A DNA stretch of 64,000 nt from Armatimonadota bacterium. GTDB taxonomy: Bacteria; Armatimonadota; SYMT01. Position numbers and translations under genes: made by a program. Shown one piece after another: positions 7,529 to 16,987 of this stretch (positions are counted from its first letter, which is position 1; the number at the start of each line of letters is the position of its first letter). The stretch spans positions 32,001-96,000 of the forward strand of contig JBKBRF010000003.1 of the NCBI GenBank assembly GCA_046292385.1. The letters run 5' to 3'. Under the pieces are notes generated by a model, which searched no databases, was not told the DNA's origin, and saw only the letters and a list, made by a program, of their open reading frames with translations.

Positions 7529-8671
7529 ATGTCCACCGGCGTTACGTTCGGGAAATACCGGATCCTCGGCGAGCTGGGGCGGGGCGCGATGGGCGTGGTG
7601 TACGAGGCGTTCGACCCCGAGCGGGAGACCGAGGTCGCCCTCAAGGTGATCGGGGACCAGCGTGGCCGCAGCCCCGCGTCTCGGGAGCGGCAGGTGGAGC
7701 GGTTCTGCCGGGAGGCCCGGGCGCTGGCGCGGCTGCGGCACCCGTATATCGTCCGGTTCTACGACCAGGGCGAGCTGAACGGCCGCCACTACTTCTCGAT
7801 GGAGCGGGTGCGGGGCACCACGCTGCGGGAGCGGCTGCAGTTCCAGGGCGCGCTCTCCCTGCCGGAGCTGACCCGGCTGCTCGGAGAGCTGGCGGACGCG
7901 CTCGACCACCTGCACGCGCGGGAAGTGGTCCACCGGGATATCAAGCCGGAGAACATCATGCTCCTGCCGGATGGCACCAGCAAGCTGATGGACTTCGGGA
8001 TCGCCCGCATCCTGACCGAGGAGGACACCGCCGCCACCACCGGTTTCCAGGGGTCGCCCGCCTACATGTCGCCGGAGCAGGCGGCCGGGAGGCCGGTCGA
8101 CGGCCGCAGCGACATCTTCTCCCTCTCCGTGGTGCTGTACGAGGCGGCGACCGGCCGCCGGGCGTTCCAGGGAGAGAGCATTCCGGAGATCGTCCGGAAG
8201 GTGACCGAGGAGTATCCGCCGCCGCCGGTGGGGCTGCCGCGCTACTTCGAGCTGGCGCTCCTGCGGGCGATGGCGAAGGATCCCACCCAGCGGTACGCGC
8301 GGGCGAGCGAGATGGCGGAGGACGTGCGGGCGCAGCGGCTGCCGGCAATCTTCAACGCGCGGCCCGCGCCGAAGACTGCCCCGGCCCGGCCGCCGTACCT
8401 GGGCGCGATCCCGGACTTCCTGCTGGAGGTGTCGGAGGTCATCCCGCCGCTCCCCACGGTCCCCGCGGCGCTGCGGCGCGGCAGCACGCCTCCGATCGGA
8501 GACCAGGCGGCATTCCGCACCGATACGGTGCGGGTCCCCTGCCGCTATCATCCGTCGTACGCGGGGGTCGATATCTGCGGCACCTGCGGCGCACCGGTCT
8601 GCCACACCTGCCTGGTAGAGGTGGTGGGGCGGGGGGTGCACTGCCGGGTCTGCTCCTACGGGAAAGAGTGA
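7529..8671 (+). CDS. Hanks-type Ser/Thr protein kinase with C-terminal B-box-like zinc finger
   Basis: LGRGAMG, VALK, HRDIKPEN, DFG, YMSPE; C-terminal CRYHP...CGTCGAPVCHTC...CRVC. Confidence 0.92.
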   Translation: MSTGVTFGKYRILGELGRGAMGVVYEAFDPERETEVALKVIGDQRGRSPASRERQVERFCREARALARLRHPYIVRFYDQGELNGRHYFSMERVRGTTLRERLQFQGALSLPELTRLLGELADALDHLHAREVVHRDIKPENIMLLPDGTSKLMDFGIARILTEEDTAATTGFQGSPAYMSPEQAAGRPVDGRSDIFSLSVVLYEAATGRRAFQGESIPEIVRKVTEEYPPPPVGLPRYFELALLRAMAKDPTQRYARASEMAEDVRAQRLPAIFNARPAPKTAPARPPYLGAIPDFLLEVSEVIPPLPTVPAALRRGSTPPIGDQAAFRTDTVRVPCRYHPSYAGVDICGTCGAPVCHTCLVEVVGRGVHCRVCSYGKE

Positions 8672-8694
8672 CCGCGGCGCGGGAGGAGAGACTG

Positions 8695-11484
8695 ATGCGA
8701 GTGTGGAGTGTGCTGGCCGTGCTGCTCATCGCGGGGTGCGCGAGCGCCGCCTGGGCGGGGAAGCCGCGGATCGGTTGGGAGGGCAGCCCCTCCGCCCCGC
8801 GCCTCCGGCTGGGTGAGGCGACGCTGCTCGAGACGCTGGCGCAGCCGTCCTACTCCGCCTCGCTCTGGAAGCTCGACGGCGGCGCGCTGGCGTGGGACCA
8901 CCGGGGGAGCGTCGATACCTTCGCCATCCGCCAGACCGGGGAGCGCGCCCGCGACGTGGTGTACGCGGGCGACGTCCGGATCGTCGAGGGCGACGTGGCC
9001 GGCCTGGTGCTCCGCGCCAGCGCGGAGGGGCCGGAGTGCTTCGCCGTGCTGCTCGGGGCGCAGAGCAAGACGCTGCGGATCGTCTACCTGCCGTGGCCGG
9101 GGCGGGACCTCCAGGTGACGCCGTTTCCGGTAGAGCCGGGCCGCGCCTACCGCCTGGAGGTAACCTGCCGGGATACCGGGGACGGCGTCCGGCTGGCGGT
9201 GAGCGTCGACGGTATCCCGGTGACGGAGCACCTGGAGACGCGGTATCGCCCCGGGGGCAGCCACCTCGGCGTGATGTGCAACAACAGCCGCGCGCGCTTC
9301 GATCGGCTGACGGCGCGTGAGGGCGGTCCGGCCGGACGCCGGCTCTTCCAGGACGAATTTGAGGCCGGCGGGCTCCAGGCGTACGCCTCGGTAGGGGAGC
9401 CGTTCCAGGTGAGCCGCGCCGGCAGCGTGCTGACGCTGAGCGCGCGGCTTCCGGCCGAGGGCGCGGGCTTCGGTGCCATCGCGCAGCTCCGTCACGGCTT
9501 CGAGGCGCCGGAGCAGCTCTGGGTGCCCCACGTCACGCCGGAGCCGGGCTTCGTGATCGCCGACCACTCGCTGCGGTCGCCGGCCCTCGTCTTTGCGGAC
9601 CGGCGCGCGGCGCTGGTCGTGGTCCCGGACGTCGACGACCTCCGCCGCCTGCAGGAAGCGGGGCTGCGGACCTGGCTCGATTACGACCATCCCACCCGCA
9701 CCATCACCGCGGCGGTAGGACAGTACCGGGTCGGCGGCTTCCATGTCGGCTACCAGCCGACCACCCTCGCCTACCGCGGGCAGGAGCCGAGGCTGCGCCT
9801 GCACGTACTCACCAGCACGAAGGCGGAGGACCTGGCGAACCCGTACCGGCTCGCCTCCGCCTTTCTGTGGGAGCGGTGGGGCCGGCCGGGCTACCTGCGC
9901 GGCGGCAGCCAGCGGGCGCCCATCTCCACCTACAATCGCTATATCACCCGGTGGGCGTTCGAGCGGGAGCCGCGCGGCTGGGGCGATACGGTGTGGCAGC
10001 AGCTCGACCTGAACGGCCGGAAGGCAGGCGGGCCGGCGTTCATCGTCGACGTGGCGCAGCATCCGTCGGTGCCGCTCGACCAGCGGAAGTGGCGGGAGCA
10101 GCGCTCCATCTGGAACCAGGCCTGGTTCTCCACCCAGCGCTCCGCGAACGGGCTGCTGCGGTACGCGCGGCGGGTCGGCTCGAAGGAGCTGGAGGCGCGG
10201 GCGCGCGAGATGACCGCCGTCGCGCTCGCCGCGCCGCAGAAGGACGGCCTCTTCCCGGCGGTGCTCACCGCGGGCGGGGGCGGCTACTCGCTCTACAAGG
10301 ACACCCCCGGCTGGGAGAAGGCGCGCTGGACCAACTCCGACCGCCGCCCCGCCGAGGCGAGCGCGGAGGCGGTCCACCTGCTCGACGCCGCCTTTACCGC
10401 CCGGCTGCTGCTGGAGTGGAGCGACCTGGTGGAGGGCGCGGAGCGGCGGGAAGCCCGCGGCTACGTGGAGCGCTTCGCGGACCGCGCGGTGAAGCTGCAG
10501 CGCCCGAGCGGCGCCTTCCCCGGCTGGATCGAGCCGGACGGACGCGAGGCGGCAACGCTGCGCGAGGGGCCGGAGAGCGCGATGGTGGTGACGCTGCTGC
10601 TGGAGCTGCTGCAGCGGACCCCGGGGCGGGCCGACTACCGCGAGGCGGCGCTGCGCGGCCTGCGCTACCTCGCCGCCGGCCCGGTGCGGGAGGCGCGCTG
10701 GGAAGACTTCGAGACCTACTTCTCCTGCAGCCGGTGGTGGAGCGACCGCGTGGGGCAGAAGATCCCGCGGACCGGCGTCTACAAGAGCAATACCTTCTCC
10801 CCGTTCTGGTGCGCCGAGGCGTTCCTGGCCGGCCACCGCGCGCTCCGCGACCCGCAGTGGCTGGCGCTGGGGCAGCGCTGCCTGGACGAGCTCTCGCTCT
10901 ACCAGCAGGTGTGGGACCCGCCCACCCTGCCGGCGCCGTGCCACGGGGGCTTCGGCGTGATGAACGCGGACGGCGAGTGGAACGACGCCCGCCAGAGCCT
11001 CTTCGCGCCGCTCTACCTGGAGTACCACCGGGAGACCGGCCGCGCCGAGTACTTCGAGCGCGGCGCCTCCGCCCTGCGCGCCTCCTTCGCCATGCTCTTC
11101 TGCCCGGAGAACAGCCAGGTCTACGAGGCGTACCGCAAGACCTTTCCGTTCTTCGGCCCGGAGAGCTACGGCTTCATGATGGAGAACATCGCCCACGGCG
11201 GCCCCGGCGGCAATCCGATCGGCCCGTTCACTATCTACACCTGGGGCAATGGCGCCGCGCTGGCGAGCGCCGCGGCAATCTACGACCGTTACGGCGACGT
11301 CCTCCTCGACCCGAAGCGGAAACAGGCCTTCGGCATCGACGGCTGCCGCGCGGAAGTCCGCGGCGGCCAGGTGGAGATCACCGATCCCTATGGCCGAAAC
11401 GAGGTGACGGTCGCGTTCGCCGGCGGGGAGCGGAAGACGGTCCGCCTGGAGGCGGGGCGGGCGCGAATCCCGCTCTCCCGTTAG
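8695..11484 (+). CDS. large secreted protein, probable lectin-like N-domain plus glycosidase-like helical barrel
   Basis: ATG 8695 after GGAGGAG; signal peptide; beta-rich N-terminus, Trp-rich helical C-terminus. Confidence 0.7.
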   Translation: MRVWSVLAVLLIAGCASAAWAGKPRIGWEGSPSAPRLRLGEATLLETLAQPSYSASLWKLDGGALAWDHRGSVDTFAIRQTGERARDVVYAGDVRIVEGDVAGLVLRASAEGPECFAVLLGAQSKTLRIVYLPWPGRDLQVTPFPVEPGRAYRLEVTCRDTGDGVRLAVSVDGIPVTEHLETRYRPGGSHLGVMCNNSRARFDRLTAREGGPAGRRLFQDEFEAGGLQAYASVGEPFQVSRAGSVLTLSARLPAEGAGFGAIAQLRHGFEAPEQLWVPHVTPEPGFVIADHSLRSPALVFADRRAALVVVPDVDDLRRLQEAGLRTWLDYDHPTRTITAAVGQYRVGGFHVGYQPTTLAYRGQEPRLRLHVLTSTKAEDLANPYRLASAFLWERWGRPGYLRGGSQRAPISTYNRYITRWAFEREPRGWGDTVWQQLDLNGRKAGGPAFIVDVAQHPSVPLDQRKWREQRSIWNQAWFSTQRSANGLLRYARRVGSKELEARAREMTAVALAAPQKDGLFPAVLTAGGGGYSLYKDTPGWEKARWTNSDRRPAEASAEAVHLLDAAFTARLLLEWSDLVEGAERREARGYVERFADRAVKLQRPSGAFPGWIEPDGREAATLREGPESAMVVTLLLELLQRTPGRADYREAALRGLRYLAAGPVREARWEDFETYFSCSRWWSDRVGQKIPRTGVYKSNTFSPFWCAEAFLAGHRALRDPQWLALGQRCLDELSLYQQVWDPPTLPAPCHGGFGVMNADGEWNDARQSLFAPLYLEYHRETGRAEYFERGASALRASFAMLFCPENSQVYEAYRKTFPFFGPESYGFMMENIAHGGPGGNPIGPFTIYTWGNGAALASAAAIYDRYGDVLLDPKRKQAFGIDGCRAEVRGGQVEITDPYGRNEVTVAFAGGERKTVRLEAGRARIPLSR

Positions 11485-11528
11485 GCTGCGAGGTAGTTGT
11501 TGGCAGCTGCGTCTCGCCGGGCGTTCAG

Positions 11529-11910
11529 GGATGAGCGATGAGCGATGAGCGATGAATCCGAACCCTCCGTGCACGGGAGGTCCTGCTCCTACTCTTGCTC
11601 GCTGGCGACCCGCGATACACCGACACGTCCTCGTAAAGATGGGCCATGAAGTCGTGATCGCCGGTCCGGACGCCGGGGTCCGAGTCGTCCTCCCGCCCCT
11701 CCGGGGCGGACTCACGCTGGCGGGCTGGAATCCGGGGGTTGCGCTGCGCTGACCCCCGGCTATCCTCTCGCGCCCCTCCGGGGCGCCATCCCCGCCGCGC
11801 TTAGATCGCCGGCAGTCGACTGCCGGCGGAACCAACCCGCGGAGCTCGCTCCGCACCGCGTAAGCAGGGGTCCGGAACCTGCAACCTGCTAACCTGACAA
11901 CCTGCCAACC
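11529..11910 (+). repeat. repeat cluster: (GATGAGC)n, family A copy 2 (11551-11630), family B copy 2 (11694-11788), 22-bp palindrome (11807-11828), AACCTG array
   Basis: Direct comparison with 3079-3280; CGCCGGCAGTCGACTGCCGGCG is a perfect palindrome. Confidence 0.8.
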
Positions 11911-12296
11911 TAATAAGGCTCCCCCTGCCGGGTGAGGCCGCCAACCAGGGCGGCGAGGAACAGGGCGGCGTTGTGGATGAGCAGGATCAGCCAGGCGGCG
12001 CCCGCCAGCACGGCGGCGACCACACCGAGACCCGGGGCCTGGCTCCAGGCGGCCGCGGCGGCGCCGAGGGCGAGGATGAAGAGGGAGAGCAGCGCCGCGG
12101 GCAGCACCGCCGCGGCGAGGGCGCGCCGCACCGTGCCCGCGCGGCGCCCGCCGATGTAGCCTCCCACGATCGGCCCGATGAACGGCCCGACGACCGGGAT
12201 CCAGCCGAGCACGAGCGAGAGCAGCAGCGAGAGCCCGAACATCCAGCACATCGCGCCCAGGATGCTCGACTTCCCGTAGAGCAGATCGTCGCCCAT
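11910..12296 (-). CDS. small integral membrane protein
   Basis: 3-4 hydrophobic helices; WIPVVGPFIGPIVGGYIGG glycine motif; GGAGG RBS. Confidence 0.8.
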   Translation of the reverse strand: MGDDLLYGKSSILGAMCWMFGLSLLLSLVLGWIPVVGPFIGPIVGGYIGGRRAGTVRRALAAAVLPAALLSLFILALGAAAAAWSQAPGLGVVAAVLAGAAWLILLIHNAALFLAALVGGLTRQGEPY

Positions 12297-12419
12297 CGGC
12301 CCGCCTCCCCCGCAGTCCGGCGCCGCCCCGGGGAATGGGAAACGCCGCCGTCCCGCAAAGTTAAGAACGAGAGCGGTCCCGGGGAGTTACGTTACCGGCC
12401 GAGGCCCGGCGAGGCGACC

Positions 12420-13766
12420 ATGCGCGAGAGAAAGCTGCTGCTCCTGGCGATGAGCGGCGTGCGGGTGAAGAACGAGGCGCTGCGGGCGCTCGGCCTGACC
12501 CTCCCCGGTTTCGTGGAGCGGAGCCGCGTCATCGCCTCGCTTCCCAGTCTCTCGCTCCTCGTCCTCGCCGCGCACACCCCGCCGCACTGGCAGGTGGAGT
12601 ACCGGGAGATCGACCAGCTGGACGACCGCGCAGCGGAGACGATCGCGGCGGGCGGCTACGACCTGGTCGCCGTCACCTCGCTCACGGCGCGCATCCTGGA
12701 GACGTACGCGCTCGCCGACCGGCTGCGGGCGGCCGGCATTCCCGTGGTGCTGGGCGGCCTCCACGTCTCCGCGCTGCCGGCGGAAGCGGCGGCCCACGCC
12801 GACGCGGTGGTCCGCGGCGAAGGGGAGGCGGTCTGGGAGGAGCTGCTGCGCGACTTCGAAGCCGGCCGGCTCCGGCCGCTCTACAGCTCGCTGGAGACGC
12901 CCGGCCGGCCGTTCTCTCTCGACTGCGCCCGGGTGCCGCGCTACGACCTGCTCGACATCCGCCGCTACAACCGGCTCACGCTGCAGACCACGCGCGGCTG
13001 CCCGCTCCACTGCAGCTTCTGCGCGGCCTCCCGCACCATCAGCGCCTACAAGCGGAAGCCGATCCCGCAGGTGCGCCGGGAGTTGGAGGCGATCCTGGCG
13101 GTCTGGCCACGCCCGTTTATCGAGCTCGCCGATGACAACACCTTCGTCGACAAGCGGTGGTCGCGCGAGCTGGTGAAGCTCTTCCGGGAGTACCGGCTCC
13201 GCTGGTTCACGGAGACCGACCTCTCCGTGGCGGACGATCCGGAGCTGCTGGAGCTGCTCGCCGGGTCGGGCTGCGCCCAGGTGCTGATCGGGCTGGAGTC
13301 GGCACAGCGCGAGTCGCTCGACCGGCTCGACAGCCGCAACTGGAAAGAGCGGCGCTGGGAGAGCTATGGCGAGAAGATCCGGCGGATCCAGAGCGCCGGC
13401 ATCTCCGTGAACGGCTGCTTCATCCTCGGCCTCGACGGCGATGGGCCGGAGGTGTTCGACCGTACGCGGGACTGGGTGCTCGCGAGCGACCTGGCGGAAG
13501 TGCAGATCACCCTCCTGACGCCGTTCCCCGGCACCGCCCTCTACGAGCGCTACCGCCGCGAGGGTCGGCTGCTGAAAGAGGTGTTCTGGGACGAGTGCAC
13601 GCTCTTCGACGTCACCTACCGTCCGGCCCGGATGAGTCCGCAGGAGCTGGAGCAAGGTTTTCACGGGCTGATGCGGGAACTTTACAGTGAAGAGAACGCC
13701 GCGATCCGCAGGCGGCGCTTCCAGCAGTGTGTGCGCCAGGCGGGGCAGGAGAGGACCGGGAGATGA
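12420..13766 (+). CDS. B12-binding-domain radical SAM protein
   Basis: VVLGGLHVS, GEGE, TTRGCPLHCSFC (CxxxCxxC), ADDN, TPFPGT. Confidence 0.92.
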   Translation: MRERKLLLLAMSGVRVKNEALRALGLTLPGFVERSRVIASLPSLSLLVLAAHTPPHWQVEYREIDQLDDRAAETIAAGGYDLVAVTSLTARILETYALADRLRAAGIPVVLGGLHVSALPAEAAAHADAVVRGEGEAVWEELLRDFEAGRLRPLYSSLETPGRPFSLDCARVPRYDLLDIRRYNRLTLQTTRGCPLHCSFCAASRTISAYKRKPIPQVRRELEAILAVWPRPFIELADDNTFVDKRWSRELVKLFREYRLRWFTETDLSVADDPELLELLAGSGCAQVLIGLESAQRESLDRLDSRNWKERRWESYGEKIRRIQSAGISVNGCFILGLDGDGPEVFDRTRDWVLASDLAEVQITLLTPFPGTALYERYRREGRLLKEVFWDECTLFDVTYRPARMSPQELEQGFHGLMRELYSEENAAIRRRRFQQCVRQAGQERTGR

Positions 13767-14518
13767 TGATCGAGGAGCGGCCAAAGGCCCCCGGGGTGCT
13801 CCGGACCGCCCTGCGGGTCCTCACCTTCACCGCCAGCCGGGAAGAGCTGGTCGCGCTCGACCGCCGCCACCTCGCGTTCGGCCTGATCTGCACCTGGATC
13901 GTCGGAATCGGCCGCTGGTGGGACGATCCGAACGCCAGCCTGCTCCTGCACACCGGCCTCGGATCGGTCGCCTACGTCTTCGTCCTCTCCGCGCTCCTCT
14001 TCCTCATCATCCGGCCGCTCCGGCCGCGGGACTGGTCGTACTTCAACGTCCTGACCTACGTCTCCCTCACCGCGCCGCCCGCCCTCCTCTATGCCATTCC
14101 GGTGGAGCGCTGGTACGGACTCAGTAACGCCGCGCTGCTGAACTTCTGGTTCCTGGGGGTCGTGGCACTCTGGCGAGTGCTGCTCTTCCTGCGCTACCTG
14201 TTCCGCCTGGGGCAGCTTACCGGAGGGCAGGCGATTCCCGGGCTCCTGCTGCCGATCATGCTGATCATCACGGCGCTCACAACGCTCAACCTGGAGCGCG
14301 CCGTGTTTTCGATCATGGCGGGTCTGCGCGGGCCGGAGCCGACGGCGCACGACGCGGCGTACTTCGTGATGCTGCTCCTCTCGCTCCTCTCGGTCTACGG
14401 TTTCATCCCGGTCGCGCTCTTCTACGTCGCGATGGTGTTCGATGCCCGCAAGAAAGCGCGAGAAGGCGCGCCGCCGGAGAGTGAGCCGAATCCGGGCGGA
14501 GCGTTGGAAGAGGAGTGA
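13763..14518 (+). CDS. multi-pass membrane hypothetical protein
   Basis: ATGA overlap with the radical SAM stop; about 6 TM segments; GIGRWWDDP motif. Confidence 0.8.
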   Translation: MMIEERPKAPGVLRTALRVLTFTASREELVALDRRHLAFGLICTWIVGIGRWWDDPNASLLLHTGLGSVAYVFVLSALLFLIIRPLRPRDWSYFNVLTYVSLTAPPALLYAIPVERWYGLSNAALLNFWFLGVVALWRVLLFLRYLFRLGQLTGGQAIPGLLLPIMLIITALTTLNLERAVFSIMAGLRGPEPTAHDAAYFVMLLLSLLSVYGFIPVALFYVAMVFDARKKAREGAPPESEPNPGGALEEE

Positions 14519-14599
14519 CAGCACTCGCAGCCCCATCGCAGTCAGTGGCCAGTCGGGGTCACTGACCGTCAGCGCCGCCTCACCTTCGGTCGGTGGGAG

Positions 14600-14893
14600 T
14601 CAATCGCGGAGATTCCGAAACGGAGTGCCGCAGCGGCCGCATTGCTTCGGGTTCGGACTGCCGCCGAGAGGGCCCCGACAGCGGGGGCAGCGCCAGACCA
14701 GCGCCGGAACGAAGGAGATCAGCAAGGCCAGCACTCCGGCGGCTCGCCCGAGTGTCGAGCTCGGGACCATCTCCCCGGGCTGCATCTCGAAGATGTAGAG
14801 GCCGAGGAGTGCCAGGGCCGCCGCGGACGCGGTGACGTAGAGCAGGCGCCTCTTCCGGAGCTCGGCCCGGAATTCAGGCTGAGGATCGTGCAT
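14600..14893 (-). CDS. small membrane protein with C-terminal zinc ribbon
   Basis: Two TM helices then WRCPRC...CGRCG; GGAGGAG RBS. Confidence 0.75.
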   Translation of the reverse strand: MHDPQPEFRAELRKRRLLYVTASAAALALLGLYIFEMQPGEMVPSSTLGRAAGVLALLISFVPALVWRCPRCRGPLGGSPNPKQCGRCGTPFRNLRD

Positions 14894-15068
14894 GGGCGTG
14901 GCTCCTCCACGTCAGCGGGGAGGGGGTCTCACCGGTCGGGGTGCGCGAGCGGCGCCGCGCCGATCACGGTGGAGGAGGGCGAGGCGCGCCTGCGTCGGGC
15001 GGCGGCTCCCCGCGGAGAGGCGGCGTCACCCGCGGAAAGGCTTCCGGGGTGACGCCGAAGTACCGGGA

Positions 15069-15872
15069 CTACTTGAGCGGGTTGCCCGGCTTGTCGTCGC
15101 CCTTCTCCAGTCCGAGCGCCCAGCGCATCCCGCCGTTGAGGTGCTTCAGGAAGATCTCGTTCTCGTAGACGTCCTCGCGGTGGCCGAGGGAGGTGTAGAA
15201 CATGCGACCCTCGCCCACGCGGTTCGTCCAGGCCACCGGGAAGTCGCCCGCCTCGTCCTTCTGCGGGTGCTTGTGCATGGTGAGCAGCATGTGCACGCGG
15301 CTGCGCTCCCAGTTCTTGAACTCGTAGATCTCGTCGTAGATCTCGAACGACTGCGGCACCGCCTTCGTGGCCGGGTGCTTCGGATCCTGGTTGTGGATCG
15401 TCACCTTCACCTGGGGCCCGTGGGTCAGGAACTCGCCGCGGACCAGGTTCAGGTAGTCCGCGTCGCCGTGGTAGGTGTCGCTGGCGCTGTGGATGCCGGT
15501 GAAGCCGCCGCCGTTGCGGATCCAGCTATAGAACCCGGCCTTGGCCTCCGGGGAGAGGCCGAGGTCGCCGGTGGTGCTGGCGAAGACGACCATGTCGATC
15601 TTCTTCAGGTTGTCGGCGCTGAGCGCGTCCGCCACCTGCTCCTTGGTGTCGGCCACGCCCACCACTTCCCAGGCGCCACTCTGTTCGCCGAGCTTCTTCA
15701 CGGTGGCCGCGGCGACCGGGCGTGAGCTGTGGGCAAAGCCGGCGGCGTAGGTCACCACCAACACCTTCTTGGGCGCGGCGCCTTCCGCCCGCTCCGCGGC
15801 GACGAGAAGCGTTCCGGCACCCGCCAGCACCATCCCGGCCAGCGCGGAAGCGGCGAGCTTTCTGCGGTTCAT
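15069..15872 (-). CDS. secreted ThuA-domain (trehalose utilisation / class I GATase-like) protein
   Basis: GFAHSS, GGGFTGIHSASDT, DEIYEF, GRMFYTSLGH; start MNRRK after AAAGGA. Confidence 0.88.
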   Translation of the reverse strand: MNRRKLAASALAGMVLAGAGTLLVAAERAEGAAPKKVLVVTYAAGFAHSSRPVAAATVKKLGEQSGAWEVVGVADTKEQVADALSADNLKKIDMVVFASTTGDLGLSPEAKAGFYSWIRNGGGFTGIHSASDTYHGDADYLNLVRGEFLTHGPQVKVTIHNQDPKHPATKAVPQSFEIYDEIYEFKNWERSRVHMLLTMHKHPQKDEAGDFPVAWTNRVGEGRMFYTSLGHREDVYENEIFLKHLNGGMRWALGLEKGDDKPGNPLK

Positions 15873-16082
15873 CGATCGAATTCCTTTCACCAGCCGGGTG
15901 CGAGAGCCCCGGCGAACGAGCAAGATATCTGCCACGGCAGCCGCGCCGCGGAGCGTCACCCGGAGTCCGCGTTCCGCGGGCTCGGCGGCTCTTCCTGCCG
16001 GGCAATCCCTGTTTCATTCTAGCGAAAGGGTCATTCGCCGCCCGAGCGTCCGAGCCGGGCGCCGCGCCCTGCGGCACTCCGA

Positions 16083-16817
16083 TCAGCCTTGCAGCACGAC
16101 CAGCAGCTCGTCGCCGGCGGGGTTGAAGATCAGGAGATCGCGCCCGTCCTTCTCTGCCACCAGCTTGACCGGCGCCCTGACGTGGATGTTGAGGCTGGCG
16201 AACGGGTTGATCTCGGAAGCCTTGCGGGGCAGCAGCCACAGCTCGCCGTCGGGGCTGTAGCTCCACGCGCCGGTCACCTTACCGATCGGAATCCCGGCGT
16301 AGCTGCCGGTCAACTGGAAGCTGCGGTTCGCCTCCAGGCTGACGCGGGCGCCCGCCTGGCCATCCTCAAAAGTGTAGCGTCCGGATAGGTTGCGCACGCC
16401 GGCGTTGTCTACGGCCACGCGGCTGACGGAGAGATCGAGCGCCGACCTCCCGAGCGCAGGGGACCGTACCTTCCCGGAGAGTGTGGCGCCGCCGTTCTTG
16501 CTCCGAAGCTCCGCCGTTCCGATCCTCTGCTCCCGCTTTTCGTGTGCCAGCAGTAGAACGAGGCTTACCAGGGTTCCGCGGACCTTCCCCTCCATCCGCA
16601 CCGGCGGCTCGTCTCCAACTGCGGAGGTGACCAGGCCGTATGCCTTCTTTCCATCCAGGGCGATCCAGACGTTGAAATCGCCCAGGTCGGGCACGGTCAC
16701 GACCGTTTCGTAAAAGGTGGCCGGCCCGGCAGCGGCCTCGGCAGAGCGTGAGAGGAGGCCGACCCCGCTGAGGGCGAGGCCGGAGACCAGCAGCGAACGA
16801 CGACTCAGGTGACGCAC
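16083..16817 (-). CDS. Tat-exported hypothetical beta-rich protein
   Basis: GTG 16817 after AAGGAG; LSRRSLL twin-arginine signal ending AEA. Confidence 0.7.
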   Translation of the reverse strand: MRHLSRRSLLVSGLALSGVGLLSRSAEAAAGPATFYETVVTVPDLGDFNVWIALDGKKAYGLVTSAVGDEPPVRMEGKVRGTLVSLVLLLAHEKREQRIGTAELRSKNGGATLSGKVRSPALGRSALDLSVSRVAVDNAGVRNLSGRYTFEDGQAGARVSLEANRSFQLTGSYAGIPIGKVTGAWSYSPDGELWLLPRKASEINPFASLNIHVRAPVKLVAEKDGRDLLIFNPAGDELLVVLQG

Positions 16818-16987
16818 GACAGGACTCCTTCCGAAAGGAACCGCTTGATTGACATCTGGGCCCCAATGAGGGGCAGCGGCTCTATATTCGCGAGGGAGCC
16901 CTCGGCTGCCTGCTTCTCCGTTAAAAATGGGGCCGCGTGCCGGATGTGGGGAGGCATCCGGGCACGAGAGCCGGCGGGGCAGCGGCG

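Noticed and set aside
8656..12249. Very long antisense or alternate-frame ORFs (e.g. 8656..12249, 27184..29763, 52331..54889, 18575..20701)
   Set aside because: Arg/Pro/Gly-rich shadows of real genes, expected at this GC content, with no motifs
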